A DNA stretch of 64,000 nucleotides, from positions 248,001 through 312,000 of the forward strand of contig JAPDFW010000058.1 of NCBI GenBank assembly GCA_028826165.1, given 5' to 3'. Positions 50,037-62,149 of the stretch are shown piece by piece (within the stretch, counting starts at the first letter, position 1; every line of letters begins with the position of its first letter). The notes under the pieces are model-generated. The model was given only the letters and a program-made list of their open reading frames with translations, was not told where the DNA came from and searched no databases. The stretch comes from Anaeramoeba ignava BMAN (taxonomy: Eukaryota; Protista; Anaeramoebae). Both the position numbers and the translations under genes were made by a program.

Positions 50037-51050
50037 ATGGGCAGGTAAGTTTAATAAGATCGACATTATTTTTGTTTTTCAAATGCAAAAAAAAATTTTT
50101 TTAATAATATTGATAATAATATAATTATAAACACAAAAACAAATACAAAATCAAAATCTTAAACGCAAAATTTTACTTCTTTTTCTTTTCCATTTTTTTT
50201 TTAAAAAAAACAAAAATAATTTCACACTTTATATTTATTATTTGTAATTTTTTTTTTAATCCAAATCATACTTTTTCTTTTATATTTTATAATTGAAAAA
50301 AAAAAAAAATAACCCAAAAACAATATTGATTTATTAATTAAAATTATAATTATAATTATAATAAAAAAAACAATCAATAAAAAAATTTTTTCAACATTAA
50401 AAAATATAAAAAAAATATAAAAAAAAAAATATAAGGAAAAAAAAATAATAAAAGATAATTTTCTTTTAATTCTTAATTTAATTGATTTTTTAATTTGATA
50501 AATAAATAATAAGAAAAAAAAATAAATCAAAATAAGTTTAAGATTTCAATTTAATAAAAATAAAAATAAAAATAAAAATAAAAATAAAACAAAACGAATA
50601 ATTTTGCTTTTTTTAATTATAAATAGAAAATATTTCCTCTTTTTTTAATATTTTAATTAAATTCTTTTTTTTAAAATGTTCCCCTAAAAATAAAAAAAAT
50701 TAACTAAAAAATTAAATAAAAAATTAACTAAAAAATTAACTAAAAATTTAAATAAAAAATTAAATAAAAAATGTAACAGATCATCAGATAAAGAAAATCG
50801 AAAAAGTAGAAGAAGCACACGTAAAACAACTTCAAGATATTCTTCTGGTGCAAATCAACAATTAATTGATTTTTCAAAATTGGATCGAGAAACACTTCAT
50901 AAATTAAAAAAAATTTATAAAATTAAAGCTGCAAAAAATGCAAAAAAACATGATATTTGTGCTAAGATCTCTGAGTGTTTTATGAGACAACAAGTTGATG
51001 AGAAGACAGTTATTAGAAATTTTTTAAGAGTTGTTAAAGAAAATAATTGA
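50037..51050 (+). CDS. SAP30: Small SAP30 (Sin3-binding domain) protein; coding micro-exon 50037-50044 plus exon 50780-51050; 92 aa
   Basis: ATG GGC AG|gtaagt ... aacag|A TCA TCA gives MGRSSDKENRK...IDFSKLDRETLHKLKKIYKI...KHDICAKISECFMRQQVDEKTVIRNFLRVVKENN*, matching the SAP30 Sin3-binding pattern. Absent from the ORF track. Confidence 0.82.
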
Positions 51051-51404
51051 TTTGATTTTAAATTGATTTGATTTTAAATTGATTTGATTTTAAATTGATT
51101 TGATTTGATTTGATTTGATTTTTTAAATTGATTTGATTTTAATTGATTTTTTAAATTGATTTGATTTGATTTGATTTTTTTAATTGATTTTTTTGATAGA
51201 TGAAAATAAAAAAAACAACTATCAAAAAACAAAAGAAAATAAATAAGAAAATTAATAAAAAAAAGAAATAAAATTTGAATTTATTGTTTGTTTATTGTTT
51301 GTCGTTTATATTCTTTTTCCTTGTAAAAAAAGATCGAAAAAAAAAAAAGAAAAGAAAAAAAAATTGGGAAAAAAATTTTGGTGTTAATCTAATGAATAAG
51401 TGAC

Positions 51405-54400
51405 TCATTTCTTTTGAGTTGGTTTTTTAATTGGTTTTTTCTTTGTATCTTTCTTTGGTTGTTTTTTTGTTTCTTTCTTTGGTTCAGTTTTTTGAACTGT
51501 TTCATTTGATTCTTTTTGTGTTTTCTTTGTTACTCCCATAAATTTTCTTTTTTCTTCAATAGTTTGAAATCTTCCTTTTCCAATTTTACTTGCAGTATCA
51601 ATGAATTTTAAATTTGGAGGTTCTGTAGCAATTCTTCTAGTTGTCATACGTAAAGTTTTTCTTAGAGTAATAACACGTTTTTTAGCTATTGTTATTTAAA
51701 TTTAATTTTAGATTTAATTTTAGATTTAATTTTAGATTTAATTTTAAATTGATTTTTAGATTTAATTTTAGATTGATTTTTAAATTTATTTTTAAATTTA
51801 ATATTAGATTTATTTTTTAAATTAATTTTTTAAATTTATTTTTAAATTAATTTTTAAATTGATTTTTAAATTAATTTTTAAATTTATTTTTTAAATTATT
51901 TTTAAATTTATTTTTAAATTGATTTTTAAATTTATTTTTAAATTTATTTTTAAATTATTTACTTCCAGGGAAGCACCCTTTAAGCATAACAAAATCTTCA
52001 TTAACAAGTCCATAATGTGGGAAACCACCAAGAGGATTAATAGTTTTCTCTGTTAAATCAAATTCTGTTCCACCATTGTTTTTTCCTTCTTTAGTTAAAC
52101 AAGATTTTCCTAAAATAATTAAAATAAAAATTAAAAATAAAAATTAAAATTAAAATTAAAATTAAAATTAAAATAAAATTAAAATTAAAATTAATATTAA
52201 AAATTAAAATTAAAATTAAAATTAAAATTAAAATTAAAATTAATATTAATATTAAAATTAAAATAAAAATAAAAATAAAAATAAAATATTAAAATTAAAA
52301 TCAAAATTAAAATTAAAATTAAAATTAAAATTAATATAAAAATAAAATTAATATTAAAATTAAAATTAAAATTAAAAATAAAAATTAAAATTAAAATTAA
52401 AATTAAAATTAAAATTAAAATTAAAATTAAAATTAAAATTAAAATTAAAATTAAAATAAAAATTAAAATTAAAATTAAAATCAATATAAAAATTAAAATT
52501 AAAATTTATATTTAAATTTAAATACCAAGTCTAAGAACTTTATGATTTCTTGTTGTTCTATGACTATATCCTTGTTGACCAGCACGAGCAACAGAATATC
52601 TAATATTAGCAGGATGCCAAGCACCAACACAAGCAACCTTTCTTCTACCACGATGAGTTTTTCTTGGTAATTTCTTAACTCCCCATCGTGAAACAACACC
52701 TTGGAATCCTTTTCCTTTAGAAACTGAAATGGTATCGATAAGTTCTCCTTCATTGAAAATGGTATCAACTGAAAATTGTTTTTCAAAAAGTCCTTGTCCA
52801 AATTCAATTTTATCTTTTATTGATCCTCCATTAACTTGAATTTCCATCATGTGTGCCTTTTTTTGTCTTAATCCAATCTTGCTGATTTGTGTATGTGCAA
52901 TCACTCTAATTACAGAACAATGTTTCTCCATTTTTTCTAAATCTTGTTGAATTTTAGTTGAATCTTTTTGATAGTATTTTGTCGAATATTTTGTAAAGGC
53001 TTTTCTTTTTGACTTTTTAAATAAAATGAAAATTATTTTTAAATCAATTATATATTATTAAATTATTTTAAAATCAATTATTTATTATTAAAATATTTTT
53101 AAATCAATTATTTATTATTAAAATATTTTTAAATCAATTATATACTATTAAATTATTTTTAAATCAATTATTTTTATTAAATTATTTTTAAAATCAATTA
53201 TATATTAATAAATTATTTTTAAATCAATTATATTTTATTAAATTATTTTAAAATCAATTATATATTATTAAATTATTTTTAAATCAATTATATATTATTA
53301 AAATCAATTTTAAATCAATTATATATTATTAAAATATTTTTAAATCAATTATTTATTATTAAAATATTTTTAAATCAATTATTTATTATTAAAATATTCT
53401 TAAATCAATTATATATTATTAAATTATTTTTAAATCTTCAATTTTAAATCAATTATTTATTATTAAAATATTTTTAAATCAATTATTTATTATTAAATTA
53501 TTTTTAAATCAATTATTTATTATTAAATTATTTTTAAATCAATTATATTTTATTAAATTATTTTTAAATCAATTATTTATTATTAAATTATTTTAAAATC
53601 AATTATATATTATTAAATTATTTTTAAATCAATTATTTATTATTAAATTATTTTTAAATCAATTATTTATTATTAAAATATTTTTAAAATCAATTATATA
53701 TTATTAAAATATTTTTAAATCAATTATATATTATTAAAATCAATTTTATTTTTATTAAAATATTTTAAAATCAATTATATACTATTAAATTATTTTTATA
53801 TTAATTATATATTATTAAATTATTTTAAAATCAATTATATATTATTAAGTTATTTTTAAATCAATTATTTATTATTAAATTATTTTTAAATCAATTATTT
53901 ATTATTAAGTTATTTTTAAATCAATTATATACTATTAAATTATTTTTATATTGTTATTTATTATTAAATTATTTTTAAATCAATTATATATTATTAAAAT
54001 ATTTTTAAATCAATTATATTTTATTAAAAATCTTTAAAAATTATAATTATTAAGTTATTTTTAAAATCAATTATATTTTATTAAAATATTTTTAAATCAA
54101 TATATACTATTAAATTATTTTTAAATCAATTATTTATTATTAAAATATTTTAAAATCAATTATATATTATTAAATTATTTTTATATTAATTATTTATTAT
54201 TAAATTATTTTTAAATCAATTATATATTATTAAAATAAATTTTATATCAATTATATATTATTAAATTATTTTTAAATCAATTATTTATTATTAAATTATT
54301 TTAAAATCAATTATATATTATTAAATTATTTTTAAATCAATTATATATTATTAAATTATTTTTAAATCAATTCAAAATAGTTTGAAAATAATTAATTACT

Positions 54401-55726
54401 TTGTACCAATTCTTGTAGAATCTTCTTTTACATTCATCTGAGAGATGTTGTGCCCAAACAGTTGTTAATGCTCGTAATCCTCTGGGTGTTTGATAATAAC
54501 CAACCATTCCAACAACAATCATTGGTGGTGTTTCAATAATGGTAACTGCTTGTACTACATCTTTCTTGTGATATTTACTTCCTTGTCTTTCAATTTCTCG
54601 AACAACATGAGTCATTCCAGCCTATTAAATATTAAATTGAAATTAAATATTAAATTGAAATTAAATATTAAATTAAAATTAAATAATAAATTAAATATTA
54701 AATTGAAATTAAATATTAAATATTAAATTGAATAATAAATTGAAATTAAATTGAAATTAAATTGAAATTAAATATTAAATTGAAATTAAATATTAAATTA
54801 AATATTAAATTAAATAATAAATTGAAATAAATATTAAATTAAATATTAAATAATAAATTAAATAATAAATTAAATATTAAATTAAATATTAAATTAAATA
54901 ATAAATTAAATATTAAATTGAAATTAAATATTAAATTAAAATTAAATAATAAATTAAATATTAAATTGAAATTAAATATTAAATATTAAATTGAAATTAA
55001 ATATTAAAATTAAAATTAAATATTAAATTAATATTAAATATTAAATATTAAATTGAAATTAAATAATAAATAATAAATTGAAATTAAATTGAAATTAAAA
55101 TATTAAATATTAAATAATAAATTAAATTGAAATTAAATATTAAATTAAATATTAAATTGAAATTAAATATAAAATTAAATAAATTGAAACTAAATATTAA
55201 ATTAAATTGAAATTAAATTGAAATTAAATTGAAATTAAATTGAAATTAAATATTAAATTAAATATTAAATATTAAATAAGAAATTAAATATTAAATTAAA
55301 TAATAAATTGAAATTAAATATTAAATTAAATATTAAATTAAATAATAAACTAAATATTAAATTAAATATTAAATTAAATATTAAATTGAAATTAAATGTT
55401 TGAAAATTATTTCTGATAAAGAAAAAAAAATTTTTTTATTTTTGATTTAATTTAATTCAAAAAAAAAAAACAAACTTTATAACCCATAAAAGCAGTTAAA
55501 TGACAAGGTTTTGAAGGATCATCTCTTGGAAAACTCTTAACTTTTCCTCTATGTCTTCTAGAACGTTTGCGTGGAAGAAAACCTAATGAACCATGTCTAG
55601 GTGCTTCAAATTTTCTGTGTGACACTAATTATTAAATAAAAAAAAATTAAATTAAATTAAATTATTTTCCATTTGTTTTTAAATATAAATTTAAATATAA
55701 ATAATAAATAAAAATAAAAACACACT
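51405..55726 (-). CDS. RPL3: 60S ribosomal protein L3 (uL3); coding exons 55726 (1 nt), 55624-55476, 54621-54400, 53012-52526, 52109-51963, 51685-51405; 428 aa
   Basis: [25 protein letters not shown]|[40 protein letters not shown] and [15 protein letters not shown]. Five GT-AG introns give a 1287-nt frame. Confidence 0.97.
52115..52520. repeat. (AAAATT)n array in RPL3 intron 4
   Basis: Directly visible. Confidence 0.92.
53025..54370. repeat. 30-bp minisatellite (AAATCAATTATATATTATTAAATTATTTTT)n in RPL3 intron 3
   Basis: Units stack in register every 30 bp. Confidence 0.95.
54625..55395. repeat. Composite (AAATATT/AAATT/AAATTG) array in RPL3 intron 2
   Basis: Directly visible. Confidence 0.88.
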
Positions 55727-55936
55727 TTATCAATTTCTAAATTAAAATGAAATGAAAAAAATAAAAAAAATAAAAAAGAAAAAAAATTTTTTTTTTTAAT
55801 TTGCCCACAAAAACAAAAATAAAAATAAAAATAAAAATAAAAAAATAAAAAAAAACAAAATTAAAAAAATTTTTTTTTTAAGTTTTTCATTTTTTTTTCC
55901 TTCATTTTGTTTTCTTAGAACATTTTATAAGTTAGA
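55727..55936. promoter_or_regulatory. Bidirectional promoter shared by RPL3 and RPS16
   Basis: About 210 bp separate the head-to-head starts. TTTCAT tracts face outward on both sides, and a lone GC-containing word, TTGCCCACAA, lies at 55801. Confidence 0.7.
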
Positions 55937-57472
55937 ATGCAAGCAGTTCAAACATTTGGTAGAAAAAGAACAGCAACAGCAGTTGCACATTGCAAACAAG
56001 GAAAAGGACTTCTTAAAATTAATGGAACTCCTGTTGATTTAATTGAACCTGAACCTTTAAGACTCAAAGTTTATGAACCTATTTTATTACTTGGTAAAGA
56101 TAAGTTCGCTAATCTTGATATTAGAGTTCGTGTTTCTGGTGGTGGTTCTATTTCAAGAATTTATGCTATTCGCCAAGCAATTTCAAGAGCAATTATTGCT
56201 TATTACCAAAAATGTAATTTAGAATTCATTTTACAATTCAATTCAATATTCAATTTAATATTTAATTCAATTCAATATTTAATATTCAATTCAATTCAAT
56301 ATTTAATTCAATTCAATATTTAATTCAATTCAATATTTAATTCAATTCAATATTCAATTCAATTCAATATTCAATTCAATTCAATTCAATTCAATTTAAT
56401 ATTCAACTCAATATTCAATTCAATTCAATTCAATTCAATTTAATATTCAATTCAATTCAATTCAATTCAATTCAATATTCAATTTAATTCAATTCAATTC
56501 AATATTCAATTCAAAATTTAATTCAATTCAATATTTAATTCAATTCAAAATTCAATTCAAAATTCAATTCAAAATTCAATTTAATATTCAATTCAAAATT
56601 CAATTCAAAATTCAATTTAATATTCAATTTAATATTCAATTCAAAAAAATTCAATTCAAAATTCAATTCAAAATTCAATTTAATATTTAATATTTAATAT
56701 TTAATTCAATTCAATATTTAATTCAATTCAATATTTAATTCAATTCAATATTTAATTCAATATTTAATATCAATTTAATATTTAATTCAATTCAATTCAA
56801 TATTCAATTCAATATTCAATTCAAAATTCAATTCAAAATTCAATTTAATATTCAATTCAAAATTCAATTCAAAATTCAATTCAAAATTCATTTAATATTT
56901 AATTTATTATTTAATTCAATTCAAAATTCAATCTAATATTTAATATCAATTTAATTCAATTTAATTCAATATTCAATTCAATTCAAAATTCAATTCAATT
57001 AAATTCAATTCAATATTTAATTCAATTCAAAATTCAATTCAATTCAATTCAATTCAATTCAATATTTAATATTTAATATTTAATATCAATCTAATATTCA
57101 ATTCAATACAATATTCAATTCAATTCAATACAATATTCAATTCAATTCAATTCAATATTTAATTCAATTCAAAATTCAATTAATATTTAATTTATTATTT
57201 AATTCAATATTCAATTCAAATCAATATTCAATTCAAATCAATTCAATTCAAATCAATTCAATTCAAATCAATTCAAAATTCAATCCAATATTTAATATTT
57301 AATTCATTTCAAATTATAAACAAAAGATGTTGATGAAGTTACAAAAAGAGAATTTAAAGATATTCTTATTAGTTATGACAGAAGTTTATTAGTTGCTGAT
57401 CCAAGAAGATGTGAACCAAAGAAATTTGGAGGAAGAGGTGCACGTGCAAGAAGACAAAAATCTTATCGATAA
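55937..57472 (+). CDS. RPS16: 40S ribosomal protein S16 (uS9); exons 55937-56213 and 57327-57472; 140 aa
   Basis: [32 protein letters not shown] across the junction, and [31 protein letters not shown]. Confidence 0.98.
56235..57310. repeat. (AATTC)n-based array filling the RPS16 intron
   Basis: Directly visible; no G on the sense strand. Confidence 0.93.
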
Positions 57473-57969
57473 TTTCTCTGTTCAGTTCTTTTAAAATCTC
57501 ATTTAATTTTCACTCATTTCCTTTTAAAAAAAAATAAGAAAAAGAACTTTGAATTTTTTTTAAACAATAACAAAATAACTACTAAAAAAATACAATTCAC
57601 AAAAACAAAAACAAAAACAAATAATTTTCCACAAATTTCTCTTCTTTCTTTCATTTTTTTTCACAATTATTTTTAGATAAAAAATACAAACAAATTCATT
57701 TTTTAAAAAAAATTTATTTCAATTTCATTTTCATTTTGAATTTAATCTGCTTTATTAACTAAAAGAAATCAAAAAAAATCAAGAAAAAAAAAGAAAATCA
57801 AAAAAAGAAAAAAAAAGAAAAGAAAAGAAGAAAAGAAGAATAACCATTTTTTTGAATCAAACCAAGTGAATAAAACAGATAAAAATGTAGAAGAACATAA
57901 ACTAAATCCACAATTTGTAAAAAAAAAAGGAATATGTTTTGAGAACATAATTTGGTTGTTTCCTTTTTC

Positions 57970-58590
57970 AAAATTGATTTTAAATTTGTATTTGAATTTG
58001 ATTTTAAATTTGAATTTAAATTTGTATTTGTATTTAAATTTGATTTTGAATTTGATTTTAAATTTGATTTTAATTTTAATTTGAATTTATATTTGTATTT
58101 GTATTTATATTTGATTTATATTTGTATTTGTATTTGTATTTGATTTTAAATTTGTATTTGAATTTGTATTTGTATTTGATTTTAAATTTGTATTTGTATT
58201 TGTATTTGTATTTGTATTTGTATTTGTATTTGTATTTGTATTTGTATTTGTATTTGTATTTGTATTTGTATTTGTATTTAGATTTATATTTAAATTTATA
58301 TTTGAATATGATTTTAAATTTATATTTGAATTTGTATTTGTATTTAAATTTATATTGATTTTGAATTTGTATTTGTATTTAAATTTGTATTTGTATTTGT
58401 ATTTGAATTTGAATTTAAATTTGAATTTAAATTTGTATTTATATTTGTATTTATATTTGTATTTGAATTTGTATTTGTATTTGTATTTGTATTTGTATTT
58501 GTATTTGTATTTGTATTTGTATTTGTATTTGTATTTGTATTTGTATTTAAATTTGTATTTAAATTTGAATTTAATTTTGAATTTGTATTT
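57970..58590. repeat. (TTTGTA)n microsatellite at the 3' end of the zinc-finger/zipper gene
   Basis: Directly visible. Confidence 0.92.
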
Positions 58591-58608
58591 GCAGAATTGA
58601 TAAATTTT

Positions 58609-59349
58609 CTATTTTTCATTGATTTGATTCATTTGTTGTTTTTCAGCTTCTAATTTTCTAATAATTTCTTCTTTTTCAGATAAACTTTGTTTTAATGAGG
58701 CATTTTCTGCTAAAAGTTCTTGTAATTTTTCACTTAAAACTTTGTTTTCAATCTTCAATTCATCTGTTTCAACTTTCATTTCATCTAATTGTTTATTTAC
58801 AGTTTTCCTTTTTTTTGTCTTACAAAAATTTAATTAAAATTTAAAATATTTTTTTTTTGTCAAAAATTAATTGAATGAATTTTGAATTTAATGGTGTATT
58901 TGATTTATTACATTTTTCTTTTTGATTTTATTTGGTTGATTGTTTTGAGTTTGTTTGATCTGTTAAAAAAAATAAATAAAAAAAATTAATAAGAAAAATT
59001 AATTAAAAAAAAAAAAAGTGTGAAGAATTGACGAAAAAAAAAGAAAAAATTTTTTTGGGTGAATTTATTTGCTTTTTTTTTAAATAAAAAAAGTCAAACA
59101 AATTCAAAATAATGGGAAATGTTGTCAAAAAAATAAATGAATAAATAAATGAATTGAAATTTAATTCTTTGAATAAAAAATCAAACTTACTTTGCGATAA
59201 TTCAATAAACGGCAAACGTTACAAATTCGAGAAGATTGCCCAAATTCTTTGGATAATTCAACTAGTAAAGGTGAAGGTCTTGGTCTGGAAAAATCTATTA
59301 AAAGAGCTCCACAACAACAACAATGCGAATTTAATTCTGAATCGGACAT
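58609..59349 (-). CDS. Uncharacterised C4 zinc-finger-like, basic-region and leucine-zipper protein; exons 59349-59191, 58959-58912, 58818-58609; 138 aa (C-terminus may be longer)
   Basis: Two phase-0 GT-AG introns join MSDSELNSHCCCCG...RICNVCRLLNYRK | IKQTQNNQPNKIKKKN | TKKRKTVNKQLDEMKVETDELKIENKVLSEKLQELLAENASLKQSL... Confidence 0.7.
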
Positions 59350-60339
59350 TTTTATCAAGAATTACAAAATTTCTAAATAATATTTTTATTCAAAAATGGA
59401 AAAAAATGACAATCTGTTTTATTAAAAAAAAAATAACAGAAAATTTTTAAAAATAAAAGCAAATCAAGAACAAATTGAAAGAGAAAAATAATAAAAATTT
59501 TTTTTTAATTTTTTTTTTCTTTTTCTTAAAAAAAAATTTTTTTGTTTTAGTTAAAATTTATTTTGTTATTTTTTATTCTTTTTGCTGATTTAATTTTATA
59601 GAAATGATCAGTAAAAGATCAAGATAATATTAAAAGCAAAAGCAATATAGAAATTTGTCAAAATAACCTTTAAAAATTTACAAAAATAATAAATAAAAAA
59701 AATTTTTTTAATTTTTTTTAATTTAAAATTTTTTTTTTCGACACTTGAATTAAATTCCTTTTTTTATTTCAATTAAGATCGATTAAATTAGTTTAAGGTA
59801 TTTGTTAAAAAAAAAGAAAGGAAAAAAATTTAGAAAAAAAAGCAATATTTTTCCATTTGATTTTTTTCAATATTTTCTTTCAATTATTTTTTTCGATTTT
59901 TTTTTCTTTCTTCGATTTTGTGAAGTGTTTTTTTTTTTTATCTTTAATTATTTTAAACAAACAAAAAAAAACAAAAACAAAACAGATTTTAAATATAAAT
60001 CTAATAAAGAAAATTTAAGTTGATTCATGATGAGTTTGATTTTTTTTTAAATTAAATTTTTATTTTTTATTTTTAATTCTATTTTTAAATGAATTGTTGT
60101 AAAATCGATTCACTTTTTTTGAAATTTTTATTATTTGAAAGAGAAATAAAATTGGATTAACACCCCTTTTTAGATTTTTTTTTTTAAATTTCTGATTAAT
60201 TTTTTTTATTTATTTTTTTTTTATTTTGGTTCGCTAATCCAAAAAATTTAATTAAAAAAAAAAAACAATAAAAAAATTTTTCTTCTTTTTATTTTTTTTA
60301 ATTAATTTTTTCTTCTTTTTCATTTTTTATTAAATTAAA

Positions 60340-62100
60340 ATGGAAGAAAAAAAAAGTAATTTAATTGTTACAATTAAAAAATGGCACACTGTTTCTTCTT
60401 GGACTTGGGGAGCTGGTGATGATAATTGTGGAATTTGTCAAATGCCTTTAGATGGTTGTGCACCAGAATGTCAATTTCCAGGAGATGATTGTCCTATTGG
60501 TACTTTCAATATTTGAACACTTAATTTTTAATATTAAATATAATATTAACTCCAAATATAATTTTAATATTAATTATAATATTAAATATAATTTTAAATA
60601 TTAAATATAATTTTAATATTAAATATAATTTTAATATTAAATATAATATTAAATATAATTTTAATATTAAATCTAATTCTAATTCTAATATTAAATATAA
60701 TTCTAATATTAAATCTAATTCTAATTCTAATTCTAATTCTAATTCTAATTCTAATTCTAATTCTAATTCTAATTCTAATTCTAATTCTAATTCTAATTCT
60801 AATATTAAATCTAATTCTAATTCTAATTCTAATTTTAATATTAATAAATATAATTTTAATATTAAATATAATTTTAATATTAAATATAATTTTTAATATT
60901 AAAATCTAATTATAATATTAAAATCTAATTATATCTATATTAATTCCAATTCACAATTCTAATTCTAATTCCAAATTCACCAATTTTTAATTTTAATATT
61001 AAATATAATTTTTAATTCTAATTCCCAATTCAATTTCACAATTCCTAATTCAATTTCAATTTCAATTCTAATTCTGAATTCACCAATTTCCAATTCTACA
61101 ATTACAATTTAATTCCAATTTACAATTTCCAATTCCAATTTAATACAATTTTCAATTCTGATTTCAATTATAATTTTAATATTAAAATATAATTCACAAT
61201 ATTAAATATAATTCAATTCTAATTTTAATTCCCAATTACAATTCTAATATTAAATATAATTTTAGTATTAAATCTAATTCTAAATTCTAATTCTAAATTC
61301 ACAATTACAATTCCACAATTCTGAACAATTCTCTAATTCAATTTACAATTCAAATTTTCTAAATTCCCAATTCTGAATTTCAATTTCAATTTCCAATTTA
61401 ATTTTAATTTTTAATATTAAATATAATATTAATTCTAAATGATTCTAATTTTAATTCTAATTCTAATTCTACAATATTAAATATAATTTTAATATTAAAT
61501 CCAATTCTACAATATTGATTCTAATTCCAATTCCAATTCTAATTTCTGAATTTCACAATTTCAATTCACAATTTCCAATTCTGAATTCCAATTCACAATT
61601 CTAATTCTAATTCACAATTCTAATTCACAATTCTAATTCTAATTCTACAATTCTGAATTTACAATTCTAATTCAACCAATTCTCTAATTCCAATTCCCAA
61701 TTTACAATTCTAATTCTAATTCAATTCACAATTCCAACAATATTAATTCAAATTCTAATTCCAATTCTATTAAATATAATTCTAATATTAAATCTAATTC
61801 TAATTCTAATATTAAATCTAATTCTAATTCCAATTCTAATTCTAATTCTAATTCTAATATTAAATTTAATTTTAATTTTAATTATAATTCTAATTCTAAT
61901 TCTAATTCTAATTCTAATTCTAATTCTAATTTTAAACAAAAAATTAAAAATAATAAATATTCTTGATAAATTTTTATTTAGTCTGGGGAAAATGCGGACA
62001 TAAATTTCATTTGGTTTGTATTAATACTTGGATTCAAAGAAATATTAATGAACCAACTTGCCCAATGTGTAGAGAACCATGGGAATTTCGAGATGATTAA
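60340..62100 (+). CDS. APC11: Anaphase-promoting complex subunit 11 (RING-H2); exons 60340-60499 and 61982-62100; 92 aa
   Basis: VTIKKWHTVSSWTWGAGDDNCGICQMPLDGCAPECQFPGDDCPI V WGKCGHKFHLVCINTWI...CPMCREPWEF. Absent from the ORF track. Confidence 0.95.
60520..61935. repeat. (AATTCT)n and AATATTAAATATAATTTT array filling the APC11 intron, with a degenerate centre
   Basis: Directly visible. Confidence 0.88.
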
Positions 62101-62149
62101 AATTTTTCAATGATTTGATTTGATTTTAATTTTAATTTTAATTTTAATT

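Noticed and set aside
60020-60245. Possible ncRNA: ATGATGA at ~60027, CTGA at ~60192, B-box-like GGTTCGCTAATCC at ~60229 and an 8-bp inverted pair TTGGATTA/TAATCCAA
   Set aside because: No terminal stem, cloverleaf or guide sequence is recognisable; such matches are expected by chance in AT-rich DNA.
60930-61745. C-rich degenerate centre of the APC11 intron as an embedded element
   Set aside because: It reads as noisy AATTC(T/C/A) variants; low-quality consensus or repeat decay is the simpler explanation.
8064-61939. Dozens of ORF-track entries such as [26 protein letters not shown] and IRIRIR
   Set aside because: They are stop-free translations of microsatellites or antisense shadows of real genes, with no domain content.
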